Below are positions 10,236 through 20,818 of a DNA stretch of 64,000 bases, in pieces (positions within the stretch are counted from its first letter, which is position 1; each line of letters starts with the position of its first letter). The position numbers and the translations under genes are program-made. Location: positions 32,001 to 96,000 of the forward strand of contig JBALDB010000053.1 of the NCBI GenBank assembly GCA_036918135.1, read 5' to 3'. Under the pieces are notes generated by a model, which was not told where the DNA came from, did no database searches, and saw only the letters and a list, made by a program, of their open reading frames with translations. The stretch comes from Nostoc sp. Its GTDB lineage: Bacteria > Cyanobacteriota > Cyanobacteriia > Cyanobacteriales > Nostocaceae.

Positions 10236-10526
10236 TCATTGGTCACTTGTACTGAGCCTTGGAAGAACGTAGCCGTACCCCTGCTCTTAAGCAAGCTAGC
10301 AAGAGCGTCCCGTAGGGAAGGGAGTCGAAGTATTGTTCATTAGTCATTTGCAAAAGACCAAGGACAGATGACAACTGAACAAAGCGCAAAGTCGAGCTAC
10401 TGCTACCTCAGCGCCCTGCGTCGGAAAGCAAGTGGCGTTGAGCAGCGGCTTCCGGCGACCAGACGGCAGTTCCTTTAAGCGGGGGAACCCCGCCAACGGA
10501 CTGCCTCAACTTTGTAAGAGAGGACA
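10236..10526. repeat. Nested cluster of STRR and small dispersed repeats
   Basis: gtcattggtcacttgtactgagc (also near 14074, 19860, 33034); acaaagcgcaaagtc...aactttgtaagagaggaca shell shared with 19909-19969 and 49944-50004. Confidence 0.75.
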
Positions 10527-10544
10527 GATGTTAACTTTAGAATT

Positions 10545-11267
10545 ATGAACTTATTTCGCGTTAAGCGTCCGCAATTAACACGCCGCAAATTTTTACAAAT
10601 ATCTGGAGTTTCTAGCATCAGTTTTTTTCTTGGTGGCTGTGGAACACCGATATTTGAAGATGTTGTAGGTAAACTTTCTGAACCACTTAATCAAAAGGTA
10701 GAAAAGTTAATCTTTCAACCGCAAAAGCTTGTACCAGAGTTTTCTTTGAGTGAGATTGAACCAGAGGCATTAATAGTTAATAGCTTTAGGTATAATCCAA
10801 TTATTGATTTAGAAAAGTATCGTTTAATTGTTGATGGTGAAGTCAACAATCCTCTCAGCCTAAGTATGGCAGAAATTCAAGCATTGCCGCTCAATTCTAT
10901 GATTATTCGTCATATTTGTGTAGAAGGTTGGGCTGCGATCGTTCAATGGGGCGGTGTACGTTTGCAAGAAATTATTGCCCTTGCTCAACCTAAGCCGAAT
11001 ATTCAGTATGCTTACTTTCAATCAGCTGATGGCTACTATGAAAGTTGGGATATAGCTTCAGCGTTACATCCCCAAACTTTGTTAGCTTATCAAAAAAACG
11101 GTGATACTTTGCCAGTAGAAAATGGTGCGCCTTTGCGTTTAGCTTCACCAATTAAACTTGGTTACAAGCAAAGTAAATGGGTGACGAAAATTACATTGAC
11201 TAGTTATTTATCGCCTTTTAAAGGCTATTGGGAGGATCTAGGTTATGAATGGTTTGCAGGAATCTAG
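10545..11267 (+). CDS. Molybdopterin-dependent oxidoreductase (sulfite oxidase/MsrP family), Tat-exported
   Basis: TRRKFL twin-arginine signal; HICVEGW; NGAPLRL...KLGYKQSKWV; GYWE. Confidence 0.9.
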   Translation: MNLFRVKRPQLTRRKFLQISGVSSISFFLGGCGTPIFEDVVGKLSEPLNQKVEKLIFQPQKLVPEFSLSEIEPEALIVNSFRYNPIIDLEKYRLIVDGEVNNPLSLSMAEIQALPLNSMIIRHICVEGWAAIVQWGGVRLQEIIALAQPKPNIQYAYFQSADGYYESWDIASALHPQTLLAYQKNGDTLPVENGAPLRLASPIKLGYKQSKWVTKITLTSYLSPFKGYWEDLGYEWFAGI

Positions 11268-11460
11268 ATTGTTAGCAGTAGAGACGCTATTAATCGCGTC
11301 TGTAGAGGAGTTATAAGTTAAACATTTTAGAATAAATTTACTAACTGCCAAATATATAAGCATCTATTTCCTCTTTATGTATCTGTTACCTCATGCATGA
11401 CAAATATTAATTATAAAAATTTATAATTCAGATATTTATCCTTTTTTAAACCTAAAAAAT

Positions 11461-12894
11461 ATGAACTTTTTTGATAAATTAAATAAAAATATTTTACAAA
11501 CTCAAAGCTTACTATTTGTAGGACTCGATCCTAATCCAGAGATGATGCCTACTCATTATGAATCTGAAGATATCATTGCTGGTTTATGGGAGTGGTTACA
11601 ATTTATTATTTCTCAAACCTCCGATTTTGTTTGTGCTTATAAACCAACACTTGGCTTTTACGAAGCACTAGGTATTCCAGGTTTAGAACTATTAGATAAA
11701 ACTTTAGCAGCTATTCCAGTCCACATCCCAATTATTTTGGATGCCAAGCACAGTGACTTAAATACAAGTAATATCTTTGCTCGTACTGTGTTTACAAAAT
11801 GGCAGGTGGATGCTATCACTCTTAGTCCTTATACAGGACAAGATCATGTAGTACCTTTTTTGGTATATCCTGATAAAGCTGTATTTATTTTATGCTGTAC
11901 TTCTAATCCTGGAGCAGAAAGTCTACAGAAATATCCAACAAACGAATCACCTCTTTATTTACAGGTAGTAAAAGAATCAAAAACTTGGGGAACTCCAGAG
12001 CAATTGGGTTTGGAAGTGGGAACTACAAATTCTGAGGTTTTGGCTCTAATTCGTGCAGTTGCTCCTGAAAGAATTATTATGGCACGTAGCATTTGGTCAG
12101 AGGAGCCAAACTTAAAGCAAATTTTAGAAGCAGGCTTAAATACTAACGGTGATGGTTTGCTGATTCCTGTTCCTCAAGATATGTTGGCTAACCCACAATT
12201 ATCTCAAGAAATTCAGTCTTTACACGCAGAAATTAATCAAATTAAAACTGAAATTATTCACGAAAATTCTACTTGTTCTGTGTGGTTCCCTGATGTTTGT
12301 TTGCTAAATCAGCATCCGCAACAGGATTTGATTTTACAACTTTATGACATTGATTGCATTATGTTTGGCAACTTTGTTCAAGCATCAGGAGCTGTCTTTC
12401 CTTATTACATTGACTTACGCAAAATTATTTCCAATCCCCAAGTTTTCAATCAAGTTCTTACTGCTTATGAGGAGGTTTTGAAGAATCTCTGTTTTGATAG
12501 GTTAGCAGGTATTCCCTACGGTTCTTTACCTACTGCTACTGGTTTAGCCTTGCGCCTTAATTGTCCGATGGTTTTTCCTCGAAAAGAGGTAAAAGCCCAC
12601 GGAACTCGAAAAGTAATTGAGGGTAATTTTCATCCTGGTGAAACAGTTGTCGTCATTGATGATATTCTTATCAGCGGCAAAAGTGTGATGGAAGGAGCAG
12701 AAAAGTTAGAATCAGCAGGATTAAATGTTAATGACATTGTGGTATTTATTGACCACGAACAAGGTGTGAAAGATAGATTACAGCAAAATGGTTATCGCGG
12801 TCATGCGGTTTTAACTCTTTCGGAAATTACTAATACTCTATATCAAGCAGGAAGGATAAATGATGAGCAATTTTTAGCTTTTACTGAAAATTAG
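11461..12894 (+). CDS. Bifunctional OMP decarboxylase / orotate phosphoribosyltransferase
   Basis: N-terminal VGLDP, AYKP, ILDAKHSD; C-terminal PYYIDLR, RKEVKAHG, VVIDDILISG. Confidence 0.92.
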   Translation: MNFFDKLNKNILQTQSLLFVGLDPNPEMMPTHYESEDIIAGLWEWLQFIISQTSDFVCAYKPTLGFYEALGIPGLELLDKTLAAIPVHIPIILDAKHSDLNTSNIFARTVFTKWQVDAITLSPYTGQDHVVPFLVYPDKAVFILCCTSNPGAESLQKYPTNESPLYLQVVKESKTWGTPEQLGLEVGTTNSEVLALIRAVAPERIIMARSIWSEEPNLKQILEAGLNTNGDGLLIPVPQDMLANPQLSQEIQSLHAEINQIKTEIIHENSTCSVWFPDVCLLNQHPQQDLILQLYDIDCIMFGNFVQASGAVFPYYIDLRKIISNPQVFNQVLTAYEEVLKNLCFDRLAGIPYGSLPTATGLALRLNCPMVFPRKEVKAHGTRKVIEGNFHPGETVVVIDDILISGKSVMEGAEKLESAGLNVNDIVVFIDHEQGVKDRLQQNGYRGHAVLTLSEITNTLYQAGRINDEQFLAFTEN

Positions 12895-12970
12895 GACTCG
12901 ACTAATGGCTGAGGAAAGTAAGGAGTGGGGAGTAGAGAAATATTTTGTCGTTTTACTAAATTTATTAAAT

Positions 12971-14071
12971 ATGAATTTTTCGCTCAATCAACTACTTAAA
13001 TGGTTAATTTTGACACTATTATTTCCTTTAATTTTTCTGAATGCTTGGCTAGTATTCTGGCTTTTTCAAAATTTGCAGCCTGTAGTGACAATTCTTTTAT
13101 TGGCTACTTTGCTGGCATTCCTTTTAAACTATCCTGTTTCAATTCTCCAAGGGCGAGGAGTTAAACGCAGCTATGCAGTAGCCTTAGTTTTTATCTTAGC
13201 ATCGTTAATTGTTATAGCTTTGGGTATTATTTTATTACCTATTGTATTAGAGCAATTTAATGAGATGGCTAAAGTCCTTCCCCAATGGATTGATTCTAGC
13301 GAAGAAAAACTAGAGATTTTAAATCAGTGGTTTTTTAATCATAAATTAAATGTAAATCTTAGACAATTTTTAACACAAGTTACTAACCAATTACCCCATG
13401 AATTAGAGTTTATTTCTGATAAACTTTTAAGCATTATTATTGATACAGTTGATAATATATCTGAGGCACTAATTATAGTAGTACTGGCTTTTTATCTATT
13501 GTTAGATGGGCCGAGAATTTGGTCAGGATTGTTTAATAAACTTCCTGGAACTTTTGCTAAAAAAGTCAGCGAGTCGATTCAGCAAAATTTTCAAAATTAC
13601 TTGATTGGTCAGGGAACTTTGGGTTTGCTGATGGGAGTTTCAGAAACATTACTATTTTTAGTTTTTCAAGTCCAGTTTGCTTTGTTATTTGGTTTGGGGG
13701 TTGGGCTTTTGAGCCTAATTCCCTTTGGTGATGCCATCAGTCTTGTTGTAATCACTTTAATCATCGCCTCACATAACTTTTGGCTAGCAGTGAAAGTTTT
13801 TGTGATGGCTTTTGTAATTGACCAGTTGATCGATCAGGCGATCGCACCCCGTCTTTTGGGTAAATTTACTGGCATTCGACCAATATGGGTATTAATTGCT
13901 TTGCTTGTTGGCACTAATATTGGTGGAGTATTAGGTTTGGTAATTGCTGTACCTGTAGCTGGTTTTATTAAAGATGTAGCAGAAGGTTTTTCTAAACTTA
14001 GTGATTTTGAGAATGTAGCTGAATCTGAAGCAGCATCAGAATTGTTGCCAAAAGAATCAATATCGCAATAA
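12971..14071 (+). CDS. AI-2E family transporter
   Basis: Multi-TM protein with LAFLLNYPV, LIPFG, IAPRLLG, GGVLGLVIAVP; start placed at MNFS. Confidence 0.9.
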   Translation: MNFSLNQLLKWLILTLLFPLIFLNAWLVFWLFQNLQPVVTILLLATLLAFLLNYPVSILQGRGVKRSYAVALVFILASLIVIALGIILLPIVLEQFNEMAKVLPQWIDSSEEKLEILNQWFFNHKLNVNLRQFLTQVTNQLPHELEFISDKLLSIIIDTVDNISEALIIVVLAFYLLLDGPRIWSGLFNKLPGTFAKKVSESIQQNFQNYLIGQGTLGLLMGVSETLLFLVFQVQFALLFGLGVGLLSLIPFGDAISLVVITLIIASHNFWLAVKVFVMAFVIDQLIDQAIAPRLLGKFTGIRPIWVLIALLVGTNIGGVLGLVIAVPVAGFIKDVAEGFSKLSDFENVAESEAASELLPKESISQ

Positions 14072-14151
14072 TTGTCATTGGTCACTTGTAGTGAGCGAAC
14101 GCGAGTGCGTCTCGTAGAGAAGCCGTTGGCGCAGCCTTTCGTAGAGAAGTA

Positions 14152-14626
14152 TTGGTTATTGGAATTTCTACAATTTATCTAGCAACTGCTGTGAGAGACA
14201 ATAGACCTCTTGCATAAATCCTTAAACTATCATATTAAGCAAAGTGAAACATTTGGTGAGATTCTTCCCTATACTACGTTTCGTTCAGAATGACGTTCCT
14301 AATTTTTTGACTTTTGCAAGAGGTCTAATCTTTATCGATTTGAAAATCAAAAACGTTTGTTTGAGTGGCATCTTGATGCTCACAACGGTAAGTTGTTGAA
14401 GTATGGTTTTAATGCTACCGATTTTTTGGAGTATCGAGGATTGTTAGGATGGTTTGCTCCTTGGATTCACAATCTGATTGAAATGTCGTTTTTATTTTTT
14501 ATATCAACATTGGCAGTCAGTGGTGTTTATTTGTTCATTTATCCGTTTCTAGTAAAGAAAAATTCAGAGATGAATTCAACGGTAGTAGTAGCAAAAGAAG
14601 GCAATACGACTCACATGAAAACCTGA
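14152..14626 (+). pseudogene. Membrane-protein gene remnant (PepSY-associated TM-like), 5'-truncated and interrupted by a MITE
   Basis: Frame GISTIYLATAVRDN|LYRFENQKRLFEWHLDAHNGK...LAVSGVYLF is continuous once 14203-14329 is removed. Confidence 0.55.
14203..14326. mobile_element. MITE, 124 bp, TIR AGACCTCTTGCA, AAT target-site duplication
   Basis: aat|agacctcttgcataaatc ... gacttttgcaagaggtct|aat. Confidence 0.85.
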
Positions 14627-14750
14627 AAATATTTTATCAGCGATTCGCCCTAAAAATTTGTCAGGTATTTCAGCCGTTTTTAATAGCATTACTTGACATT
14701 TTTCACTCTCTTTGTTTAAACAACCGACCAAAGATTAATGCGAAATTTGT

Positions 14751-16226
14751 CTATTTTTCTGTCTTCAGCTGCTCTCGTTGCTTGCCATATTCCCGCAGCT
14801 GTTTCAAAAGGTTTTCTTGAGATGAGTTAGGGATAGGCTGAGTAGGGATTAGTTGAGGGTTAGTGGTAGTACTCTCAAAAGCAGGAGGTGAATTAATTGC
14901 ATAAACGTCAGGATTTTTCTGAAATTCAGTGATTGGCGATCGCAACTTTAAAAGCAGTTTTTTATCAGATATCTCCTCTTGATTGAGTGCTGGAGTACGA
15001 ATTATTTTATTTGGTTTACTCACAGCAGTTTTGACGGAATCTAGAGTAGTAGCAACATGCATTTGTTGCTGCATTTGTTGTGTAGAAGATACTAAACTAC
15101 TTAGACCATTTACAAGTTGCCGCAGATTTTGCCGAAAAGTAGGATCGCCCGTCAATTCATCTAAATCAGATGTAATTTTTTGGGTATTTTCAAATGTTAC
15201 CCGTGCTGAATCTAAAGTTTGTTGCAATACTACGATATTCTTTGGATCGCTTAAAGTTTTGGAAGCATCACGTAAATTAGCTGAAGCTTGTGCCGCATTT
15301 TTGGAGAGGGCTTCTAAATTATTTAGTAATTCTCCTTTAGTGAAGCGATTGACAGCTGGCGATAAGCTACTAACTGTAACGCGTAATTGGTTGCTGGTTT
15401 CGGTAATATTGTTCAATGCACCAACCAGTGAAGAACGATTTGTTGTCAACAAGTTATCTAAATTGTTCAGCAATCGATTCGCTTGAGTTGCAGTTGTACC
15501 GAATTTATTTACTGTTTCAGTCGCAGATACATTAAGTTGATTAGTCGCTCGCTGCACTGAATTAGCCGTGGCTGAAAATGTATTTAACTGTTGTTGCAAA
15601 CTTTTACTCAAACCTTTTAAATCCTGACTTAAATCTGTAAAACTATTTGCGGCGACTGTAGTGGCTTCCAAAACTCCATTAACATTTTTAGAAAATTTTG
15701 GATCTTTGTATACATTGGTTAGTTCAGTTGAACTGCGAATTAGTTCATCAACACTAATACCAAGCTGACCTTTTAATCGAGAGCCATTACAAACTATCAG
15801 GCTTGAATCACAATTTTTGTCTAGAGGTTTAGCGATCGCCACCTGAGTGGGAAGCGTTGCTTTTGGTGTGATGTCAATAACACTTTCGCTAATTAGTCCG
15901 CTTTGATTAGCTTCTATCACTACATCACGAGGAATAATCAGGTTTTTTTGGAGAATTTCAATCTCTACATCAATGGCATTTGCTCCTGGCCTGATCTGAG
16001 AAATATTTCCTACTTTAAAGCCTCGATAGCGAACTGGCGTTCCCTTTTGCATTCCCCCAGCATTAGCAAATTCGACAATAGCTTTGTATGAACCGCGAGC
16101 AGTAGTGAATTTACTTAACCACAAAAAGATTATTCCAAATACCCCAAGTCCTGCTAGGAGTAACAATCCCACAGAACCTTCTCTAAGTGTTCGCCTAGAT
16201 GTGAAGCGGCTTGTGATTTCTCGCAT
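14751..16226 (-). CDS. mlaD: MlaD/MCE family substrate-binding protein
   Basis: REGSVGL, FANAGGMQKGTPVRYRGFKVG, QSGLISES; long coiled coil. Confidence 0.9.
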   Translation of the reverse strand: MREITSRFTSRRTLREGSVGLLLLAGLGVFGIIFLWLSKFTTARGSYKAIVEFANAGGMQKGTPVRYRGFKVGNISQIRPGANAIDVEIEILQKNLIIPRDVVIEANQSGLISESVIDITPKATLPTQVAIAKPLDKNCDSSLIVCNGSRLKGQLGISVDELIRSSTELTNVYKDPKFSKNVNGVLEATTVAANSFTDLSQDLKGLSKSLQQQLNTFSATANSVQRATNQLNVSATETVNKFGTTATQANRLLNNLDNLLTTNRSSLVGALNNITETSNQLRVTVSSLSPAVNRFTKGELLNNLEALSKNAAQASANLRDASKTLSDPKNIVVLQQTLDSARVTFENTQKITSDLDELTGDPTFRQNLRQLVNGLSSLVSSTQQMQQQMHVATTLDSVKTAVSKPNKIIRTPALNQEEISDKKLLLKLRSPITEFQKNPDVYAINSPPAFESTTTNPQLIPTQPIPNSSQENLLKQLREYGKQREQLKTEK

Positions 16227-16343
16227 TTTTTCCTTTCAGTCAATAATTAGTTATCAATTAAGAGTTAAGAATTATAAGTTAGGAACCTCGCCAAAGAGGT
16301 TTTTGTTGCTTTAGTTAGTAGTTATTAGTTAAGGGTAAACAGT

Positions 16344-16514
16344 TAAGTAGGTCAACGTTGAAAAATGTAATCTAGAATTTTTGTAATTACTTCTCTACGA
16401 GACGCTTTGCGTAGCTTGCTTCCACGTTCGCGTAGCGTCCCGCAGGGAAGTAGTACGCTTGACTTTGTTTTGCTCGTAATCACATTTCACATTTAATTTA
16501 GATTGAGCTACTTA
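16344..16514. mobile_element. MITE-like element with nested small repeats
   Basis: Ends taagtaggtcaa / ttgagctactta (11/12 inverted match); internal gttcgcgtagcgtcccgcagggaag and ttctctacgagacgct. Confidence 0.6.
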
Positions 16515-16553
16515 TGAGTTGAATTTCACTCTTAAATTTTGACTCCTAACTTT

Positions 16554-17336
16554 CTAACCAAGAACCTGAATCGGCCCTTCGACACTTCCACTAATAAATT
16601 GTTTGATCAAAGGATTTTCTGTACTGTATATTTCATCAACTGTTCCTTGCCACTGTACTTTACCTTCATACAAAAATATAAGTTTATCAGTTGTACGGCG
16701 TATAGTACTGTCTTGATGGGTAACGACAGCATAGGTACTACAGACTTCATGTGTAGTTTGCAAACAGCGGATTAAATCTTCTATTACTGTTGAAGCAATC
16801 GGATCGAGTCCGGCTGTTGGTTCATCGTACAGTAAAACTTCTGCACCTTCTTTAGGATTATCGGGGTTAGACATAATCGCCCGAGCAAAACTAACTCGTT
16901 TTCGCATTCCCCCGGAAAGTTCTGCTGGGTAAAGGTCGCCTATTCCCGGCAAGCCTACCATTTCCAATTTTTCTTCTACTAAATCTCGAATGCGCGATCG
17001 CGGTAGTTTTGAATTTTGATAAAGTAAAAATCCTACATTCTCCTCCACTGTCAGCGAATCAAATAATCCCGCTTGTTGAAATACCATACCAATACCAAGC
17101 GACTGGCTCCCATCCTCAATCAAACCCTCTCGTCGCACTCCTTGAATATAAATTTCTCCTTCATCAGGAGCCAGTAACCCCGCTATCACCCGTAAAATCG
17201 TTGATTTACCAGTCCCCGATGGCCCAATAATTCCTAATGCTTCTTCCCGGTAAATTGTCAAATCTACATTATCTAGAACTTTGTGGCTACCAAAGGACTT
17301 AGAAATACTTTTGAGTTCAATTAATGGTTCAGTCAT
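16554..17336 (-). CDS. mlaF: MlaF/Ttg2A-type ABC ATPase
   Basis: GPSGTGKS, LSGGMRKRV, LYDEPTAGLDP; adjacent to mlaD. Confidence 0.9.
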   Translation of the reverse strand: MTEPLIELKSISKSFGSHKVLDNVDLTIYREEALGIIGPSGTGKSTILRVIAGLLAPDEGEIYIQGVRREGLIEDGSQSLGIGMVFQQAGLFDSLTVEENVGFLLYQNSKLPRSRIRDLVEEKLEMVGLPGIGDLYPAELSGGMRKRVSFARAIMSNPDNPKEGAEVLLYDEPTAGLDPIASTVIEDLIRCLQTTHEVCSTYAVVTHQDSTIRRTTDKLIFLYEGKVQWQGTVDEIYSTENPLIKQFISGSVEGPIQVLG

Positions 17337-17868
17337 TAGTTATTAATTTACTAGTCATTAGTCATTTGCAAACGATAAACACACAAGTCACTAGCATTGA
17401 CTTCCAGCGTTTAGAACTTCAAAGACAAAGAACAAATAACAAATGACGAATGACAAATATACCTAATAGTGATGTCATAGTTATTCGTAAGGCATTGTGT
17501 AGTACATTATAAGTATATGATTAGCATTTTAATTAGCGAACTTTATTTTTTTAGCATAATATTCAGTTAAAAGCTTTAACCTCGCAAAATACCTCAACAT
17601 CGAGTTAACGAAGCCATTGCAGTAGTTGAACATCTGAGAGTAACTGAATGTATCAGTAACCACAAACTCCGACTCAAGTTTTCTGTGGGCATCACAAAAG
17701 CAATAATTCAGCCGCATTATCAAGCATGGACTAAACGCCTCGTTGGCGTAGACCTATCGTAGAGAACAAAAATAACAACGCGCTTGATAGTCCAAATATT
17801 GAGTTGGCAAGTGGCAAAATTATTCACTAACATGAGAAAAAATACTGATAAAAATTAACTTCCAAATC

Positions 17869-18906
17869 ATGACTAGCTACTTAGAGCAGTTTGCAAGTGA
17901 TAATTCCTCTGGTATTTGCCCGGAAGCCTTAGAATATATGATTACGGCAAATCAAGGTAGCGTTCCTGCTTATGGAAATGATGAATGGACTCAAAAAGCC
18001 GCAGATTATTTTCGCGAACTCTTTGAAATTGACTGTGAAGTATTTTTTGCCTTTAACGGTACAGCAGCAAATTCTTTATCATTAGCTGCACTTTGTCAGT
18101 CATATCACAGCGTCATTTGTCATGAGACATCTCACATAGAAACAGATGAATGTGGCGCACCAGAATTTGCTTCTAATGGCTCTAAACTGCTACTTGCTCA
18201 AGGAAAAAATGGCAAGCTAACATCACAGGCAATAGAAGCAATTGTTACTAGGCGTAATGATATTCATTACCCCAAACCTAAAGTTATTAGTATCACACAA
18301 TCAACTGAATTAGGAACTTTATATTCTATTGAAGAACTTTTGCAAATTAGAGAAGTTGCAAAAAAGTATAACTTAAAAATTCACATGGATGGCGCTCGCT
18401 TTGCCAATGCAGTTGCCGCAATGAATAAAAGTCCTGCTGAAATTTCTTGGAAATCTGGAGTGGATGTGTTGTGTTTTTGTGGAACTAAGAATGGAATGGC
18501 ATTAGGTGAAGCGATTATTTTCTTTAATAAAGCACTAGCAGAGGATTTTGATTACCGATGTAAGCAAGCTGGTCAATTAGCTTCAAAAATGCGGTTTATT
18601 TCTGCTCCCTGGTTGGGTTTATTAGAAACTGGTGCTTGGCTAAAAAATGCTAGACATGCCAATCAATGTGCTGAATATTTAGAAAATCAGCTATTAAATA
18701 TAGAAGGCGTTGACTTGATGCTTCCTAGAGAAGCTAACGCTGTGTTCGTCAAATTACCAGAACAAGTGATTCAGAGCTTAAAAGCAAATAACTGGCAATT
18801 TTATACATTTATTGGTGTGGGAGGAGTACGTTTTGTGTGTTCTTGGAATACAACTAAATCAAGGATTGATGAATTGATTGATAATATTAAAAATGCAATC
18901 GGATAG
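17869..18906 (+). CDS. ltaE: Low-specificity L-threonine aldolase
   Basis: FASDN, NGTAAN, HMDGARFANA, GTKNG, SKMRF. Confidence 0.9.
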   Translation: MTSYLEQFASDNSSGICPEALEYMITANQGSVPAYGNDEWTQKAADYFRELFEIDCEVFFAFNGTAANSLSLAALCQSYHSVICHETSHIETDECGAPEFASNGSKLLLAQGKNGKLTSQAIEAIVTRRNDIHYPKPKVISITQSTELGTLYSIEELLQIREVAKKYNLKIHMDGARFANAVAAMNKSPAEISWKSGVDVLCFCGTKNGMALGEAIIFFNKALAEDFDYRCKQAGQLASKMRFISAPWLGLLETGAWLKNARHANQCAEYLENQLLNIEGVDLMLPREANAVFVKLPEQVIQSLKANNWQFYTFIGVGGVRFVCSWNTTKSRIDELIDNIKNAIG

Positions 18907-19165
18907 AAAAATTAAATCTGAAAAATATTAAATTTGTCACCACCGCAAACTCTAGTTTTATCGATTTGGTTGTTGAGCAAACGCGTAGAACCTTGGGAAA
19001 TTACAGGAGCGATCGCAGCTATTTAAGGAACTCCAAAAAATAAATCTCCTCATCTGTTCCACTGCCCACGCTTCACAGCTGCACTAGTATGTCAAAATGA
19101 AAATACCCGATATCTCCAGGTGAGCGATCGCTCAATCAAGCAAGATTAAAGGATTGACCTGAGTA

Positions 19166-19849
19166 ATGGCAGAAGAACCGAATCACAATGAAGCCGGAGA
19201 GGTAGCTCCCAGCACTGTTGACAAGCAGGCTCCCAGTGTCGCCGAAGAAAATGCTCCTAGTACAGACTCACCCGAAGCGACAGACATCCCTACTGCCAAC
19301 ACGCCAGATCCTAAAGCCGCAAACCCCGAAGATAACCCCAATGCTGCTAAACCAGCTGCAGCCTCACGCAAGCGAGAAAAACCAGATCCCGCAGCTAAAA
19401 CAGAAGAAAACTCCCCTGCCGATGCCACAGCAGAAGAAAAACCCGCAGCTAAAGCCGCCAAAAAAGAAAAAGCCCCAGCTGTTGAAGATAAACCATTTGT
19501 AGAGTTCATCGAGCAATACTACTTGCCAGCTTTACAAAAAGCGATCGCACAACAAGGTGTAAAAGATTTAAAAGTGGCTCTTGCTAAGCAAAAAGTTCCA
19601 ATCAAAGGCTTTGAATCTGCTGAAGAATCCTGGCAAATTATCGGCAGTTTGCAAAACGGTCTGTACAATTTTAATTTGTATTTTCCCGAAGAAGATATTC
19701 AAGGTAAAAAGGGTTTTTCTTGTAATGAAGGCAAAAAACCCAGCACTCTTGAGTCATTCTTAATTGATGAACGCAAAGTTACACTAGACCTATTGGTATA
19801 TGGTCTAGTGCAGCGTTTAGATGGTCAAAAGTGGCTAGGTATCAATTAG
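19166..19849 (+). CDS. ndhV: DUF2996 family protein (NdhV-like)
   Basis: Low-complexity N-terminus, then VEDKPFVEFI...LESFLIDERKVTLDLLV...QRLDGQKWLG. Confidence 0.75.
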   Translation: MAEEPNHNEAGEVAPSTVDKQAPSVAEENAPSTDSPEATDIPTANTPDPKAANPEDNPNAAKPAAASRKREKPDPAAKTEENSPADATAEEKPAAKAAKKEKAPAVEDKPFVEFIEQYYLPALQKAIAQQGVKDLKVALAKQKVPIKGFESAEESWQIIGSLQNGLYNFNLYFPEEDIQGKKGFSCNEGKKPSTLESFLIDERKVTLDLLVYGLVQRLDGQKWLGIN

Positions 19850-19982
19850 TCATTGGTCATTGGTCACTTGTACTGAGCAAAGCCGAAGTATTGGTCATTA
19901 GCATTTCAGACAAAGCGCAAAGTCTGAGCGCCGGCTTCCGGCGCTCAGAACTTTGTAAGAGAGGACAAATGACAAAGAACAA
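19849..19982. repeat. STRR plus 61-bp hairpin dispersed repeat
   Basis: gtcattg repeats; core 19909-19969 with perfect stem tctgagcgccgg-ctt-ccggcgctcaga. Confidence 0.8.
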
Positions 19983-20477
19983 TTAAAGTTCGTGAAAATG
20001 ATAGGTAACGGCTCCAGTATTGGGGTCGTTATCAATTTTTACATAACCTGATTTATACATCTCTTTAAGAGTATTTTCTACTTCAGCAAAGCTGGCTCCC
20101 GTAGCCTTTACCCCTTGAGTAACAGTGAGAGTACCACCCTTACTTTCAGCGGCATCAATTAGTTTAATCATCAATTGATTACCACTTGGGTGGTGAACTT
20201 GAGAGGCGATTACTGGTTGATTGACTGGTACACCGAAGGGAGATACACCTGCTTTTAGTCTCAGGTTGGTCTCGTATTCATCAACCATACCGGGAATGAG
20301 AAGCAAATCCACAGCCTGCCCTACGTAAAATAAACCAAAAGTACACAGCCATAACAATCCTGTGCCGATTTTACCGTTGTATAGGCGATGTAGCCCCCCC
20401 AAGCCAAAAAATCCGACTCCACACAAGATGTAAGAGACAAGAACTCGGTCTTTATTTTGATTTTTTTCAGGATTCAT
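19983..20477 (-). CDS. TM2/NINE domain protein with C-terminal wHTH-like region
   Basis: GLGGLHRLYNGKIGTGLLWLCTFG..VDLLLIP. Confidence 0.85.
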   Translation of the reverse strand: MNPEKNQNKDRVLVSYILCGVGFFGLGGLHRLYNGKIGTGLLWLCTFGLFYVGQAVDLLLIPGMVDEYETNLRLKAGVSPFGVPVNQPVIASQVHHPSGNQLMIKLIDAAESKGGTLTVTQGVKATGASFAEVENTLKEMYKSGYVKIDNDPNTGAVTYHFHEL

Positions 20478-20571
20478 CTTGTTGTCAACCCTTTGGATTT
20501 GCTGTTGTTATCTAAGATGGTTTTGCCATACTGTTTTATCTGAGACTAGTTATCAATAGCTAGGCTCACAT

Positions 20572-20818
20572 CTTGCACCAGTTGTTTGATGACAATTTTT
20601 ATAGTCTGGGCACTGCTGAGTACTTGCTCAAACCCTGATTTTTCTGTTGTGGAAAGTGCCTTTTCTACAGTTATTAAATCAGCGAACAGCGAACAGTTAT
20701 CAGGCGTATGGTGTGATGTTACGCCACACCAACACTTACCACCAACTTTTTGGAGGACTTGAACCCAAGGGACAAAACTGATAACTAAATAACAGATAAC
20801 TGTTAATAATGGTGCAAG
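20572..20818. mobile_element. Possible degenerate MITE
   Basis: Inverted ends cttgcacca / tggtgcaag; internal cagttatca / tgataact repeats. Confidence 0.4.

Noticed and set aside
10074..10343. 89-aa ORF after the FtsK fusion as a fourth operon gene
   Set aside because: TTG start, no motif, and the 3' part runs through dispersed repeats
14983..15486. 167-aa plus-strand ORF and other antisense ORFs inside known genes
   Set aside because: Shadow ORFs with no motifs, overlapping well-supported genes
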